Shown here piece by piece: positions 25,523 to 33,717 of a stretch of DNA of 64,000 nucleotides. Source of the DNA: Enterococcus phage VRE9_2; sequence record PP680568.1, one strand, 5' to 3'. Both the position numbers and the translations under genes were made by a program. The notes beneath the pieces were generated by a model. The model made no database searches. It worked only from the letters and a program-made list of their open reading frames with translations, and had not been told where the DNA came from. How positions within the stretch are numbered: the first letter of the stretch is position 1; each line of letters opens with the position of its first letter.

Positions 25523-25744
25523 TAAAGAACGATACAGCAAACCTATTAAAATATTACAGAAGAGATTATGTAAGGAGCCGTAGATACCAACCGAAAAATC
25601 TACGAGTTCAATTATGGTTGGCGTTTGAGTTTTTTCTAGGTACTTTCCTTGAGTTACGTTAACACTCGAAAAAGGTCTAAACCTCGTTCTTGATAAATAA
25701 ACACAACTTTCCTTTCTTCCTGTCCATGTCACTGGACAGGTAAC
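25523..25744 (+). ncRNA. Structured spacer: interleaved inverted repeats CGTAGAT..CCAACC..ATCTACG..GGTTGG (pseudoknot-like) and 8-bp hairpin CCTGTCCA..TGGACAGG
   Basis: Direct reading; only spurious overlapping ORFs here. Confidence 0.3.
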
Positions 25745-25830
25745 GCGGGTATGGTGGAATTGGCAGACACATCAGACTTAAGATCTGACGAGAGGTATCT
25801 CTCATGCAGGTTCGACTCCTGCTATCCGTA
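25745..25830 (+). tRNA. tRNA-Leu (anticodon TAA), type II
   Basis: D-arm TGGTGGAATTGGCAGACAC, anticodon arm TCAGA-CTTAAGA-TCTGA, variable hairpin GAGAG..CTCTC, T-arm GCAGG-TTCGACT-CCTGC. Confidence 0.8.
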
Positions 25831-25903
25831 TAAAGAACCTAACAGCAATCACATTTAAAGGGATAATAGTATATCTAATAATATATAGGTTCTTGTTTTT
25901 TAT

Positions 25904-25976
25904 AGCTGGCGGCTGGTTGGATATCAGGGCAGGGTTCATAACCCAGCATAACTCAGTTCGATTCTGAGGCGTAGCA
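25904..25976 (+). pseudogene. tRNA-like with CAT anticodon loop (TTCATAA; Met/Ile2-type) and canonical T-arm but unpairable acceptor stem; possible pseudo-tRNA
   Basis: T-arm CTCAG-TTCGATT-CTGAG, anticodon stem CAGGG/CCCAG (A-A mismatch), 3-prime strand GCGTAGC has no complementary 5-prime strand. Confidence 0.3.
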
Positions 25977-25989
25977 ATATTATTGAGGA

Positions 25990-26158
25990 AGAGCTAACCT
26001 GGCGAAAATATGCTCAGAGGAAAAAACCTGGCGAAAAATTAGCCCCTAGTCAAATTTCCACTTTGGCGGCTAGGTTGAGGCGCACAATAGGCATAAAGAC
26101 ACCTCGTAAAAGGGCAAGCGCAGTGTCCTTACCCAAATAAAACAGCGGCAGCCTTTAC
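25990..26158 (+). ncRNA. Non-coding spacer with direct repeat AACCTGGCGAAAA x2 (25996, 26025) and GC-rich paired segments
   Basis: No ORF; repeats read directly. Confidence 0.25.
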
Positions 26159-26230
26159 GCTGGTTTCGTATAATGGCTATTACAGTTGACTTGTAATCTT
26201 CAAATGGGAGTTCGATTCTCTCAACCAGCA
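26159..26230 (+). tRNA. tRNA-Thr-like (anticodon loop CTTGTAA, anticodon TGT) with imperfect anticodon stem (GTTGA/TCTTC, 2 mismatches)
   Basis: Perfect acceptor GCTGGTT/AACCAGC, D-arm GTA-TAATGGCTAT-TAC, T-arm GGGAG-TTCGATT-CTCTC. Confidence 0.5.
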
Positions 26231-26327
26231 TTTATAAATGAATGAGGCATTGGTTAGGTCTAAAATAGATATAGGGGTATTTAGTTATCTACGGATGCTA
26301 AATATTGTGTAATTCATTTTATTTTTT

Positions 26328-26400
26328 TCGATGATTCGTTCAAATGGATAGGACGCTAGACTACGGATCTAGTAATAGAGGTTCAAGTCCTCTATCATCG
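26328..26400 (+). tRNA. tRNA-Arg (anticodon ACG)
   Basis: Acceptor CGATGAT/ATCATCG, anticodon arm CTAGA-CTACGGA-TCTAG, T-arm AGAGG-TTCAAGT-CCTCT. Confidence 0.75.
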
Positions 26401-26469
26401 GTAGTATAAGGAATGATATTTCGCTTATACGAAACGTTAAGAGATTCTCACACTGACGTCCCAATAGAG

Positions 26470-26510
26470 AAGGGTTTGAATAATCTTCCTTCTCTTGGTT
26501 TTTAATTTAT
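26470..26510 (+). terminator. Rho-independent terminator AGAGAAGG..CCTTCTCT + TGGTTTTT
   Basis: 8-bp stem followed by T-rich tract, between tRNA-Arg and tRNA-Trp. Confidence 0.5.
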
Positions 26511-26581
26511 GCGCTGTTGGTGTAGTGGTATCACATCTGGCTCCAAACCAGAAAATGGGGGTTCGATTCCTTCACGGCGTG
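26511..26581 (+). tRNA. tRNA-Trp (anticodon CCA)
   Basis: Acceptor GCGCTGT/ACGGCGT, anticodon arm TCTGG-CTCCAAA-CCAGA, T-arm GGGGG-TTCGATT-CCTTC. Confidence 0.75.
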
Positions 26582-26702
26582 TTAGTATTTATCCTAATAT
26601 TTATGATACCATGTAGAAGATATAAATAATAGGAAATAGGCTAGTCGTACAGAAAATGCCTATAGCAGCTTTAATAGCTGTCGCTTGATTTTTTAGCTAT
26701 TA

Positions 26703-26773
26703 CACCCCTATAATTTAATGGTAAAATACTGTGCTGATAACGCAGATTCCCTTGTTCGATTCAAGGTAGGGGT
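26703..26773 (+). tRNA. tRNA-Ile (anticodon GAT)
   Basis: Perfect acceptor ACCCCTA/TAGGGGT, D-arm ATTT/AAAT, anticodon arm CTGTG-CTGATAA-CGCAG, T-arm CCTTG-TTCGATT-CAAGG. Confidence 0.75.
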
Positions 26774-26808
26774 ATTTCTCTTTAATAAAAATAGAGGAAG
26801 GTAAAATA

Positions 26809-27300
26809 ATGTTTAGATGTGAAATTTGTGGCAAGGAATTTGACAGTCCCCTTAAACTAGGAGGGCACAAATCCTCTCATTCAAGAGGAAAGAGAAAAGA
26901 CTGCAAAAAAGAAATTAATTGTTTATATTGTAATAAAACTATGACTGTCAATAAATCAGATAAAAAACAATATTGTTCTGTTGAATGTTTTAGAGCTCAA
27001 GTACAAGAAGATAAAAACAATCGTTTTGTTGTAATTAGAAGCGAGAAACATGGCAATCATGTTTTAGACATTACTGTCAAAGAACTAGAAGACTATCGGC
27101 AAAAACAATTAGTTTGTGAGATTTGCGGCAACAAAGAAATCATCAAAAATGGAACTATAAAATTATCAGTCGATCACAACCATGAAACTTATAAATTTAG
27201 AGGTTTGCTATGCTATGCATGTAATGTTAAATTAGCTTGGTTAGAGAAAGAGTGGGATAGCATTAAATCTTACTTAGAAAGAGATAATTTTAAGTTTTAG
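26809..27300 (+). CDS. HNH endonuclease (phage endonuclease VII-like), probable homing/selfish endonuclease at edge of tRNA cluster
   Basis: ..LSVDHNHETYKFRGLLCYACN.. (DH-NH...RGLLC..CN motif) plus N-terminal CxxC pairs. Confidence 0.65.
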   Translation: MFRCEICGKEFDSPLKLGGHKSSHSRGKRKDCKKEINCLYCNKTMTVNKSDKKQYCSVECFRAQVQEDKNNRFVVIRSEKHGNHVLDITVKELEDYRQKQLVCEICGNKEIIKNGTIKLSVDHNHETYKFRGLLCYACNVKLAWLEKEWDSIKSYLERDNFKF

Positions 27301-27394
27301 TATTAATTTTTTTTTATTTAGATAGGAGAGCTTGGATAATATGAAGAAAAGATTAAACAAACTATAAATATCTTATAAAGGAGGTATTTATAAT

Positions 27395-27646
27395 ATGAGT
27401 AGAAGTAGAAAAAAACAACCATATTCAAGATATGTTTGTATGAAGAATTCTTCTGTCAGAAAATCCAAGAAACAAATAAATCGTCTTTATCGAAGAAGAA
27501 TGAAACAAGGTCTATATGATGAAGATGCCAAAATTCCAAGTTTGTATAAAAGACATGTAGACTGGGATTGGGATTATGAAATGATAAAAGGATATTTTCC
27601 TAAAGAAAAGTATCCTGATTTTTATGAAAAACTTATGAGAAAATAA
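27395..27646 (+). CDS. Hypothetical basic protein
   Basis: 83 aa, followed by terminator AAAACTCCCTAAGATAGGGAGTTTTTTATTT. Confidence 0.5.
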   Translation: MSRSRKKQPYSRYVCMKNSSVRKSKKQINRLYRRRMKQGLYDEDAKIPSLYKRHVDWDWDYEMIKGYFPKEKYPDFYEKLMRK

Positions 27647-27736
27647 AACTCCCTAAGATAGGGAGTTTTTTATTTGAAAAATTTAATTTAAAATGATATA
27701 ATTAATTATAAGGACAAATAAAAAGGAGATTCAAAA

Positions 27737-28012
27737 ATGAATAAAAGAGAAAAAATATTTAATAAAGCTAAAAATATTACTGCCAAAACTGAGTTAATTA
27801 GGGGCATAGTGCAAAATCCAATGCTTCCCGAAGAAGTAGATTTAGATGAATTCAAAAAAGAAATTCAACGTATCAAACGAGAATTAACAGATTATCAAAA
27901 TGAAGTTCTCTTATATTTTGCTTCTATTGGGGATGAAGAGAAAGAGAGAATTAAACAAGAACAATTAGAATTATCTGAATACTGGGAACAAAGGTGGGAA
28001 AATATACTATGA
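27737..28012 (+). CDS. Hypothetical protein
   Basis: 91 aa after conserved promoter-leader element. Confidence 0.5.
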   Translation: MNKREKIFNKAKNITAKTELIRGIVQNPMLPEEVDLDEFKKEIQRIKRELTDYQNEVLLYFASIGDEEKERIKQEQLELSEYWEQRWENIL

Positions 28013-28383
28013 AAGTATTTGTAGATGATTTAAGGAAGTGTCCTGAAAGATATGAATTATTTAGGAGCGCAGAAGATTTTCTTGACTGGAGACAGAAAAA
28101 TAATGATACAGAAATTGATATTTTGGCATTGGATCATGACCTAGGAGAAAACTGTTTGAATGGATATGAATTAGTTCAAGAATTAGTAGAATCTACTAGA
28201 ATGGACAATATTAAAACTATTATTTTCCACACAGATAATTTAATTGGTATGAAAAATATGTATTGTTATTTAAGTAATGCCCAAAAGCATGGGATTATTA
28301 GTGAAAATATTGTAATAAACCCAAATAAATATAATTGTTTAGATGGTAAGTTTACTCAAAGTCTATATCGTGTTATTAAATAA
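27994..28383 (+). CDS. Hypothetical protein
   Basis: 129 aa. Confidence 0.45.
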   Translation: MGKYTMKVFVDDLRKCPERYELFRSAEDFLDWRQKNNDTEIDILALDHDLGENCLNGYELVQELVESTRMDNIKTIIFHTDNLIGMKNMYCYLSNAQKHGIISENIVINPNKYNCLDGKFTQSLYRVIK

Positions 28384-28451
28384 TTTGAAATTATTAATAC
28401 AATATATTATAATTATATTATAAGATAAATAAAAGAAAGGAAGTTGTTTAA

Positions 28452-28685
28452 ATGTTGGAAGATGAATTATATGAACAAGGTTTTAATTCTGGATATATTA
28501 GTGCATTACAAAAAATTTCTCATAAACTTGCTATGAAGAAAGAGCCAATTCTTCGAGGTATTCTAGTGGGAGAACTATCTTCCGAAGAAGATTTAGCGAT
28601 ATTAAATACTATTAATGAGATTGAAAAAGTTGTTGAAGAAGAAAAAGAAAATCTTGAAGATGAAGAAAGTTGGTTAGATGAATGA
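28452..28685 (+). CDS. Hypothetical acidic protein
   Basis: 77 aa. Confidence 0.45.
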   Translation: MLEDELYEQGFNSGYISALQKISHKLAMKKEPILRGILVGELSSEEDLAILNTINEIEKVVEEEKENLEDEESWLDE

Positions 28686-28854
28686 AAGTAGGAGACACTG
28701 TTCTTATCCTTAAAGATCTTGAAGATGTTGCTTGTAAAGGGTGTATTGGAGTAATTGAAGAGATAAATATAGTCTTGAATAAAGTGTATTTTGTTTCAAA
28801 AGAAGGCATTGAAATGAATTGTTCTTTTTTTGAAGATGAGTTGGAGGTAATCTA

Positions 28855-29121
28855 ATGGTATTTGTACTTTTATTATTAAATGGAGGAGTTATATTAGCAA
28901 CGATTGGTTTAATTTTTCTTATTATTGCTACAATTTTATCTATTAAGTCAAGTGTTAGAGAAAAATATATCAATATAATTATTAAATTTTATTATATTGC
29001 AGGTATACTTTATATTATTTCAGCCTTTTTCTCTTTCGAAATTTTAACTATATTTTTAAAAGTTTTAGTTGGATTAATATGCTTATATAATGTTTATCTA
29101 ATCAAAAAAAATAAAAATTGA
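28855..29121 (+). CDS. Small membrane protein
   Basis: 88 aa, three hydrophobic segments. Confidence 0.45.
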   Translation: MVFVLLLLNGGVILATIGLIFLIIATILSIKSSVREKYINIIIKFYYIAGILYIISAFFSFEILTIFLKVLVGLICLYNVYLIKKNKN

Positions 29122-29182
29122 CTTTTTTAGCATAACATGTTATAATATTTATATAAGTTAGGAAGAAAAAACTTCCTAATAT

Positions 29183-29254
29183 GTCGCTATAGTGTAATGG
29201 ATAGCACAAGAAACTTCTAATTTCTAAGTTTAGGTTCGAGTCCTAATAGCGATG
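29183..29254 (+). tRNA. tRNA-Arg (anticodon TCT)
   Basis: Acceptor GTCGCTA/TAGCGAT, D-arm GTGT-AATGGATA-GCAC, anticodon arm AGAAA-CTTCTAA-TTTCT, T-arm TTAGG-TTCGAGT-CCTAA. Confidence 0.8.
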
Positions 29255-29259
29255 TTCAC

Positions 29260-29335
29260 AGTAGAATAGCTTATGTTTGGTTAAAGCACTCACCTTATAA
29301 GTGAGAGAGCGTGGGTTCGAACCCCACTTCTACTA
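29260..29335 (+). tRNA. tRNA-Ile (anticodon TAT), unusual UAU anticodon
   Basis: Perfect acceptor AGTAGAA/TTCTACT, D-arm GCTT/AAGC, anticodon arm CTCAC-CTTATAA-GTGAG, T-arm GTGGG-TTCGAAC-CCCAC. Confidence 0.7.
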
Positions 29336-29369
29336 TAAAGAATAAATAATGAAAGGAGAATCTCAAAAA

Positions 29370-29492
29370 ATGGAAGAAACATTAGATCGTGCAATAGAAT
29401 TATTAGAAGAAGCAGAAGATTTATTGAATAATGTTCATGCCTATGATAGCGACACATATAATTCTATTTGTGAATTTTTAGACTCTTTATAA
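29370..29492 (+). CDS. Small acidic ORF (40 aa) between tRNAs
   Basis: ATG 8 nt after GAAAGGAG; MEETLDRAIELLEEAEDLLNNVHAYDSDTYNSICEFLDSL. Confidence 0.35.
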   Translation: MEETLDRAIELLEEAEDLLNNVHAYDSDTYNSICEFLDSL

Positions 29493-29546
29493 TTAGGACA
29501 AAATGTCTTAAAGTATATGTAAATTATTTTAAAGACTTATACAGGT

Positions 29547-29602
29547 GCGAAATTAATTCAATAGGTAGAATTATTTAGATGGGTTCAAATCCCATATTTC
29601 GC
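29547..29602 (+). ncRNA. 56-nt armless tRNA-like element (perfect 7-bp acceptor GCGAAAT/ATTTCGC, D-arm ATTC-AATAGGTA-GAAT, T-arm ATGGG-TTCAAAT-CCCAT, no anticodon arm)
   Basis: Direct reading; only 7 nt (TATTTAG) between D- and T-arms; followed by the conserved AAAGAATCTTACAGCAAATAT trailer. Confidence 0.4.
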
Positions 29603-29717
29603 TTAGGTAAAGAATCTTACAGCAAATATCATATGTTTAATAGGCTAATTCAAATATATTATATAAGATTCTTGAAGTTATTTTTAGCCGATTAAGAGAT
29701 AAAGGAGATAAATAACT

Positions 29718-31214
29718 ATGACATTTTTAGATAATTTGAAAGAGGAAGCAACAGTTGGACGCACTTTCAATGGTGCAACTACTTATACTACTTCATTAAA
29801 TGCTAATGTTGATCTTTTTGCATTAGGTGGGTCTATGCGATACCAAAATGTTGGAGACAAGATTTCATTATTTGAAAAAGCATATAATGAAGACAGAGCT
29901 GTTGCATTGAGAAACCTAGTTTATATGCGAGATATTCGTAATGGTGGACTGGGTGAAAGAGCTATGTTCCACGCAGGAATTTGGTTCTTAGCTAAAAAGA
30001 AAGATGAAAAAGCACTTCATGTTATCATGAATAATGTAGCTGATTTTAGTCGTTGGGATGATCTATTTTTCATTATGAAACAAGATGAAAAATTGTTTGA
30101 TTATGGATTAATCATCATCAAAACTCAGCTTTTGGAAGATATGGACAATATGCGAAAAGGTAAAGAAATTTCTTTATTAGGGAAATGGCTACCTAATATT
30201 AATGCCAAAAGTGAAGAACGAAGAGCTTTTGGTCTTAGAGTTGCTAATGCTTTAGGATATACTAAACCTAGTGACTATAAGGTCTACCGAAAAATGTTAG
30301 TTAGATTAAGAGAAAAATTAGATTTAGTAGAAGTAAAATTAGCTGCTAAAGATTATGATTCAATTGATTTTTCTAAATTACCTTCTAGAGCAGGATTCAA
30401 GTATCGCTCAGCATTTTGGCGCCATATTTCAGATCGTTATTCTGAATTTTTAGAAGCTGTGAATAACGGCGAAGCTACAATGAATGGAAATTTGGTAATG
30501 CCAGATGAAATTATTGGAGCTTATGGATATCGGAGTTGTATTTCTTATGAAGAACAACCTGAATTAGAAGCTGCATGGAAATCTCTAAAAGATACTGTTA
30601 AGGGTTCTGACGAGAATGTAATTGTAGTTGCAGATACTTCTGCTTCTATGTGGGGTAAACCATGGGAAGTAGCAGAAGGTTTAGCAATTTATACTGCTGA
30701 ACGCTTAGAAGGACCATTCAAGAATAATTTTATCACTTTCTCTAGACGCCCACAATTGGTAACTCTACCAAGTAATTGTTCCTTACGAGATAAAATGAAC
30801 GAATATTCTCGTCATTCTATTATCGAAAACACAGATATTGAAGCAGTATTTAATCTTATTTTAGATACTGCTATCAAGAATAACACTCCAAAAGAAGAAG
30901 TTCCATCTAAAATTATCATTGTTTCAGATATGGAATTTGATCTTCAACGAGGAAATGACGTTACACATTTCAAACTTGCAAAATCTCGTTTTGAGGACGC
31001 TGGTTATGAAATGCCAGATGTAATCTTTTGGAATGTAGAAGCTAGATTAGGAAACTTGCCTGTTCGTTACAATGAACAGGGAGCAGCATTAGTATCTGGA
31101 TTCAGTACAAATATTCTAACTTCTATTTTGAATGGAAAATTAGAAACTCCAGAATCTATGATGTTAGAAACGTTGTCCAATCCAGCATTTGACTTCATTG
31201 ATGAAGCTATCTAA
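29718..31214 (+). CDS. DUF2828-like / von Willebrand factor A-like domain protein (TROVE/Ro-like family candidate)
   Basis: 498 aa; C-terminal ..VVADTSASMWGKP.. (DxSxS MIDAS-like) and overall resemblance to DUF2828 phage proteins. Confidence 0.5.
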   Translation: MTFLDNLKEEATVGRTFNGATTYTTSLNANVDLFALGGSMRYQNVGDKISLFEKAYNEDRAVALRNLVYMRDIRNGGLGERAMFHAGIWFLAKKKDEKALHVIMNNVADFSRWDDLFFIMKQDEKLFDYGLIIIKTQLLEDMDNMRKGKEISLLGKWLPNINAKSEERRAFGLRVANALGYTKPSDYKVYRKMLVRLREKLDLVEVKLAAKDYDSIDFSKLPSRAGFKYRSAFWRHISDRYSEFLEAVNNGEATMNGNLVMPDEIIGAYGYRSCISYEEQPELEAAWKSLKDTVKGSDENVIVVADTSASMWGKPWEVAEGLAIYTAERLEGPFKNNFITFSRRPQLVTLPSNCSLRDKMNEYSRHSIIENTDIEAVFNLILDTAIKNNTPKEEVPSKIIIVSDMEFDLQRGNDVTHFKLAKSRFEDAGYEMPDVIFWNVEARLGNLPVRYNEQGAALVSGFSTNILTSILNGKLETPESMMLETLSNPAFDFIDEAI

Positions 31215-31250
31215 ATTACCCCCTTTCTACCTCTTAATTGAGGTAGTTAC

Positions 31251-31324
31251 GCTTCTTTAGCTCAGTAGGTAGTAGCGCCAGTCTGAAGAACTGGAGGTCC
31301 CTGGTTCGACTCCAGGAGGAAGCA
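31251..31324 (+). tRNA. tRNA-Phe (anticodon GAA)
   Basis: Acceptor GCTTCTT/AGGAAGC, D-arm TAGCTCAGTAGGTAG, anticodon arm CCAGT-CTGAAGA-ACTGG, T-arm CCTGG-TTCGACT-CCAGG. Confidence 0.8.
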
Positions 31325-31332
31325 TTAATCCA

Positions 31333-31380
31333 GCCCAGGAAAGTGCCAATATTATATTCGCTCTCTTGGGCTTTTCATAT
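31333..31380 (+). terminator. Rho-independent terminator after tRNA-Phe
   Basis: GCCCAGG..CTTGGGC stem followed by TTTTCATATTT. Confidence 0.45.
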
Positions 31381-31441
31381 TTGAAAAAATATATTAATCA
31401 TGTTATAATTAATTATAAAGTTAATTAAGAATTTTAAAAGT

Positions 31442-31515
31442 GTCCCTGTCGCCAAGAGGCTTAAGGCTATGGATTGCAAACCCATAATACGTGAGTTCGA
31501 ATCTCACCAGGGACT
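31442..31515 (+). tRNA. tRNA-Cys (anticodon GCA)
   Basis: Perfect acceptor GTCCCTG/CAGGGAC, anticodon arm ATGGA-TTGCAAA-CCCAT, T-arm GTGAG-TTCGAAT-CTCAC; driven by the conserved TGTTATAATTAATTATAAAG promoter without RBS. Confidence 0.8.
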
Positions 31516-31542
31516 TTTAAATAAAAAGGGGTCGATAATAAA

Positions 31543-31839
31543 ATGGACAAAGAAAAAATTAAAGAATCTTGGAACTATTGTTTAGCCCAAAGTATTGGAG
31601 TTAGAAAATTAGCTTCTAAAAATGAAGCTATTAGAAAAGATAGTTTAGAAAAAAACATTGCTACTAAAACTGCCTTAGAAGTTTTAAAAGAGCAATTAAA
31701 TGTTTTAATTGAGATGCTGGAGAAAATTGATTTAGAAGAAGAACTTCTCTTAACTTGTCAAGAGAAAGCTGCGGTAGAGTATCTTATTGAAGTATATGAA
31801 AATCTTATTATTGTGAAAGAGGGGGAGCAACTTGACTAA
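31543..31839 (+). CDS. Hypothetical protein
   Basis: 98 aa. Confidence 0.5.
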   Translation: MDKEKIKESWNYCLAQSIGVRKLASKNEAIRKDSLEKNIATKTALEVLKEQLNVLIEMLEKIDLEEELLLTCQEKAAVEYLIEVYENLIIVKEGEQLD

Positions 31840-32476
31840 ATTTATTACAAGTGATTGGCATTTCTTTCATAATAATGCTTGTGGTCCAGAAGGATTCATT
31901 TCTACTAGAAAAAAGTTTTCCTCTGTAGAAGAGATGAACGATAATATTATTAAAACTATTAATCAAAAGGTTGGTAGAGATGATACTATTATTCATTTAG
32001 GAGATATTGGTTTTGGGAAACCTAAAAAATTGTTTGAAACATTAGAAAAAATCAATGGACAAATTATTTTAATTAAGGGAAATCATGATAGTTCAAAATT
32101 ATTTAAGTATATTGTAAATAATAATTATCATTATCCATATAGTAATCCTAAAAAACGTAAACAATCTCCTGACCGAGTTAAATTTTTAGTTGAAGAAGTT
32201 GGTTTAAGGGAAAAAATGAATGGTAAGGTTTACTATTTAACTCATTACCCATTTCAGTTAGGAGAACAACGTAAAAATATGCGTTCAATTTGTGGACATA
32301 TTCATGAGCAGATTGCTCCTGAGGCTAATATGATTAACGTAGGTATTGATTCTCCTGAAATTGCTTCAAAGATTTCTAATTTTGGAGAACCTCTTCTTCT
32401 GGAAGATGCAATAGAATTAGTTGATAAAAAATGGGAAAAATGGTATAATGATACTATAAGAATTTTGGGAAGTTAA
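31832..32476 (+). CDS. Calcineurin-like metallophosphoesterase
   Basis: SDWHFFH, LGDIGFG, GNHD motifs. Confidence 0.65.
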   Translation: MTKFITSDWHFFHNNACGPEGFISTRKKFSSVEEMNDNIIKTINQKVGRDDTIIHLGDIGFGKPKKLFETLEKINGQIILIKGNHDSSKLFKYIVNNNYHYPYSNPKKRKQSPDRVKFLVEEVGLREKMNGKVYYLTHYPFQLGEQRKNMRSICGHIHEQIAPEANMINVGIDSPEIASKISNFGEPLLLEDAIELVDKKWEKWYNDTIRILGS

Positions 32477-32489
32477 TCTTCCCTTTTAT

Positions 32490-32579
32490 GGAGCTATGAC
32501 TGAGAGGTTGAAGGTGACGCACTGCTAATGCGTTAGTCGGCATAAGGTTGGCTCATGGGTTCGAATCCCATTAGCTCCT
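32490..32579 (+). tRNA. tRNA-Ser (anticodon GCT), type II
   Basis: Perfect acceptor GGAGCTA/TAGCTCC, anticodon arm ACGCA-CTGCTAA-TGCGT, long variable arm, T-arm ATGGG-TTCGAAT-CCCAT. Confidence 0.8.
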
Positions 32580-32605
32580 TTTATAAAAAAATAGGGGGTT
32601 TTTAC

Positions 32606-32821
32606 ATGTTCGGTGCTAAATTAGCATTTTTTCTATATGTTGTCGCAATAATTACATTTATGATTTTACTTGCTCCAATTGTATTATATCTAATTTGGAA
32701 TTTTGTAGTAGCAATAGCATTTCCAGGATTATTTACATTAACTTTTTTCCAATGTTTTAGTATAACATTATTGCTTACCTTTATAAAAGCAATTTTCATT
32801 AATAAAAAATCTAACGACTAA
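32606..32821 (+). CDS. Small membrane protein (start taken at ATG 32606; the tracked ORF start at 32555 overlaps tRNA-Ser)
   Basis: MFGAKLAFFLYVVAIITFMILLAPIVLYLIWNFVVAIAF.. hydrophobic. Confidence 0.45.
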   Translation: MFGAKLAFFLYVVAIITFMILLAPIVLYLIWNFVVAIAFPGLFTLTFFQCFSITLLLTFIKAIFINKKSND

Positions 32822-32851
32822 AAATTAAAATTAAAGGAGAATGATATAAAT

Positions 32852-32992
32852 ATGGCGAAAAAACAAAATACTACTAAAGAACCAGTTGAATTGACACAAA
32901 AGATTGATTTTACTGAATGGTTGAAAAAACAGGAAGCAGCTTTTAGAAATAAAGTTTATAAAGAACACAAAAAATCTAAGCCCGTTAAATAG
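32852..32992 (+). CDS. Small basic ORF (46 aa) followed by terminator
   Basis: ATG after AAAGGAG; terminator AAGCCCGTTAAATAGGGCTTTTTTTCTT overlaps stop. Confidence 0.35.
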   Translation: MAKKQNTTKEPVELTQKIDFTEWLKKQEAAFRNKVYKEHKKSKPVK

Positions 32993-33066
32993 GGCTTTTT
33001 TTCTTGACTTTATTTGATATACATGTTATAATATAAGTATAATAAAAAATAAGGAGGAATATCACA

Positions 33067-33378
33067 TTGTCAGATAAAACTAATACAGTAGATGTTGAAT
33101 ATTTAACATATTGGAAACTAACTCCAACAGAAAAAGATAGGTTAAAAACAGATTATGGTATTTCTAGAAATAAAGCTAAATATGATATTAATAAACATAT
33201 AATCGTACCGCAGCCAGTAAATGCGGAAGATTTAGATTTCTTTCCTGGTGAATTCGTAGCTTCTTTTGTTATCTATGAAGGACAAAATTATCCGGTATTT
33301 TTAAAAATTAATGATCCTAATGAATACGTTGATTTACCGATTGAATCAACTCCAAAAGGAGATGAGTTAATTGATTAA
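33067..33378 (+). CDS. Hypothetical protein
   Basis: 103 aa after promoter TGTTATAATATAAGTATAAT and AAGGAGG. Confidence 0.5.
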   Translation: MSDKTNTVDVEYLTYWKLTPTEKDRLKTDYGISRNKAKYDINKHIIVPQPVNAEDLDFFPGEFVASFVIYEGQNYPVFLKINDPNEYVDLPIESTPKGDELID

Positions 33379-33598
33379 TGACAAATATGCCTTTCAACAA
33401 GAAATGAACGCCCGCACAAAACTAGTATTTAAAAGTCCTATGGATGGAATTAACTTCTATGATATAGCTTTTGTTGAAGCTAAAAAACTTGATAAAAAGC
33501 TTAAATCTGAAGGAAATCCATTAAAATCTTGGGATGATGAACGATTATTATCGTTTTTTGAAGAAATTGCTAGTAGATATAATGTAAATATGGGGTAG
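33371..33598 (+). CDS. Hypothetical protein
   Basis: 75 aa, overlapping coupling. Confidence 0.45.
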   Translation: MINDKYAFQQEMNARTKLVFKSPMDGINFYDIAFVEAKKLDKKLKSEGNPLKSWDDERLLSFFEEIASRYNVNMG

Positions 33599-33717
33599 CC
33601 TATGCTACCCTTTTTTGATTTTTTGTAAATAAAATGGTATAATTAATTATAAAGTTAAATAAGAAATCCTTCCTTTTTCATAGAGAGTATAAGATAATAT
33701 AGAAAAGGAGGGATTAT

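Noticed and set aside
23200-26800. CRISPR array or integrase/attachment site associated with the tRNA cluster
   Set aside because: No regularly spaced identical direct repeats with unique spacers, and no tyrosine/serine recombinase gene anywhere in the window; the repeats present are short trailer motifs and tRNA structural elements.
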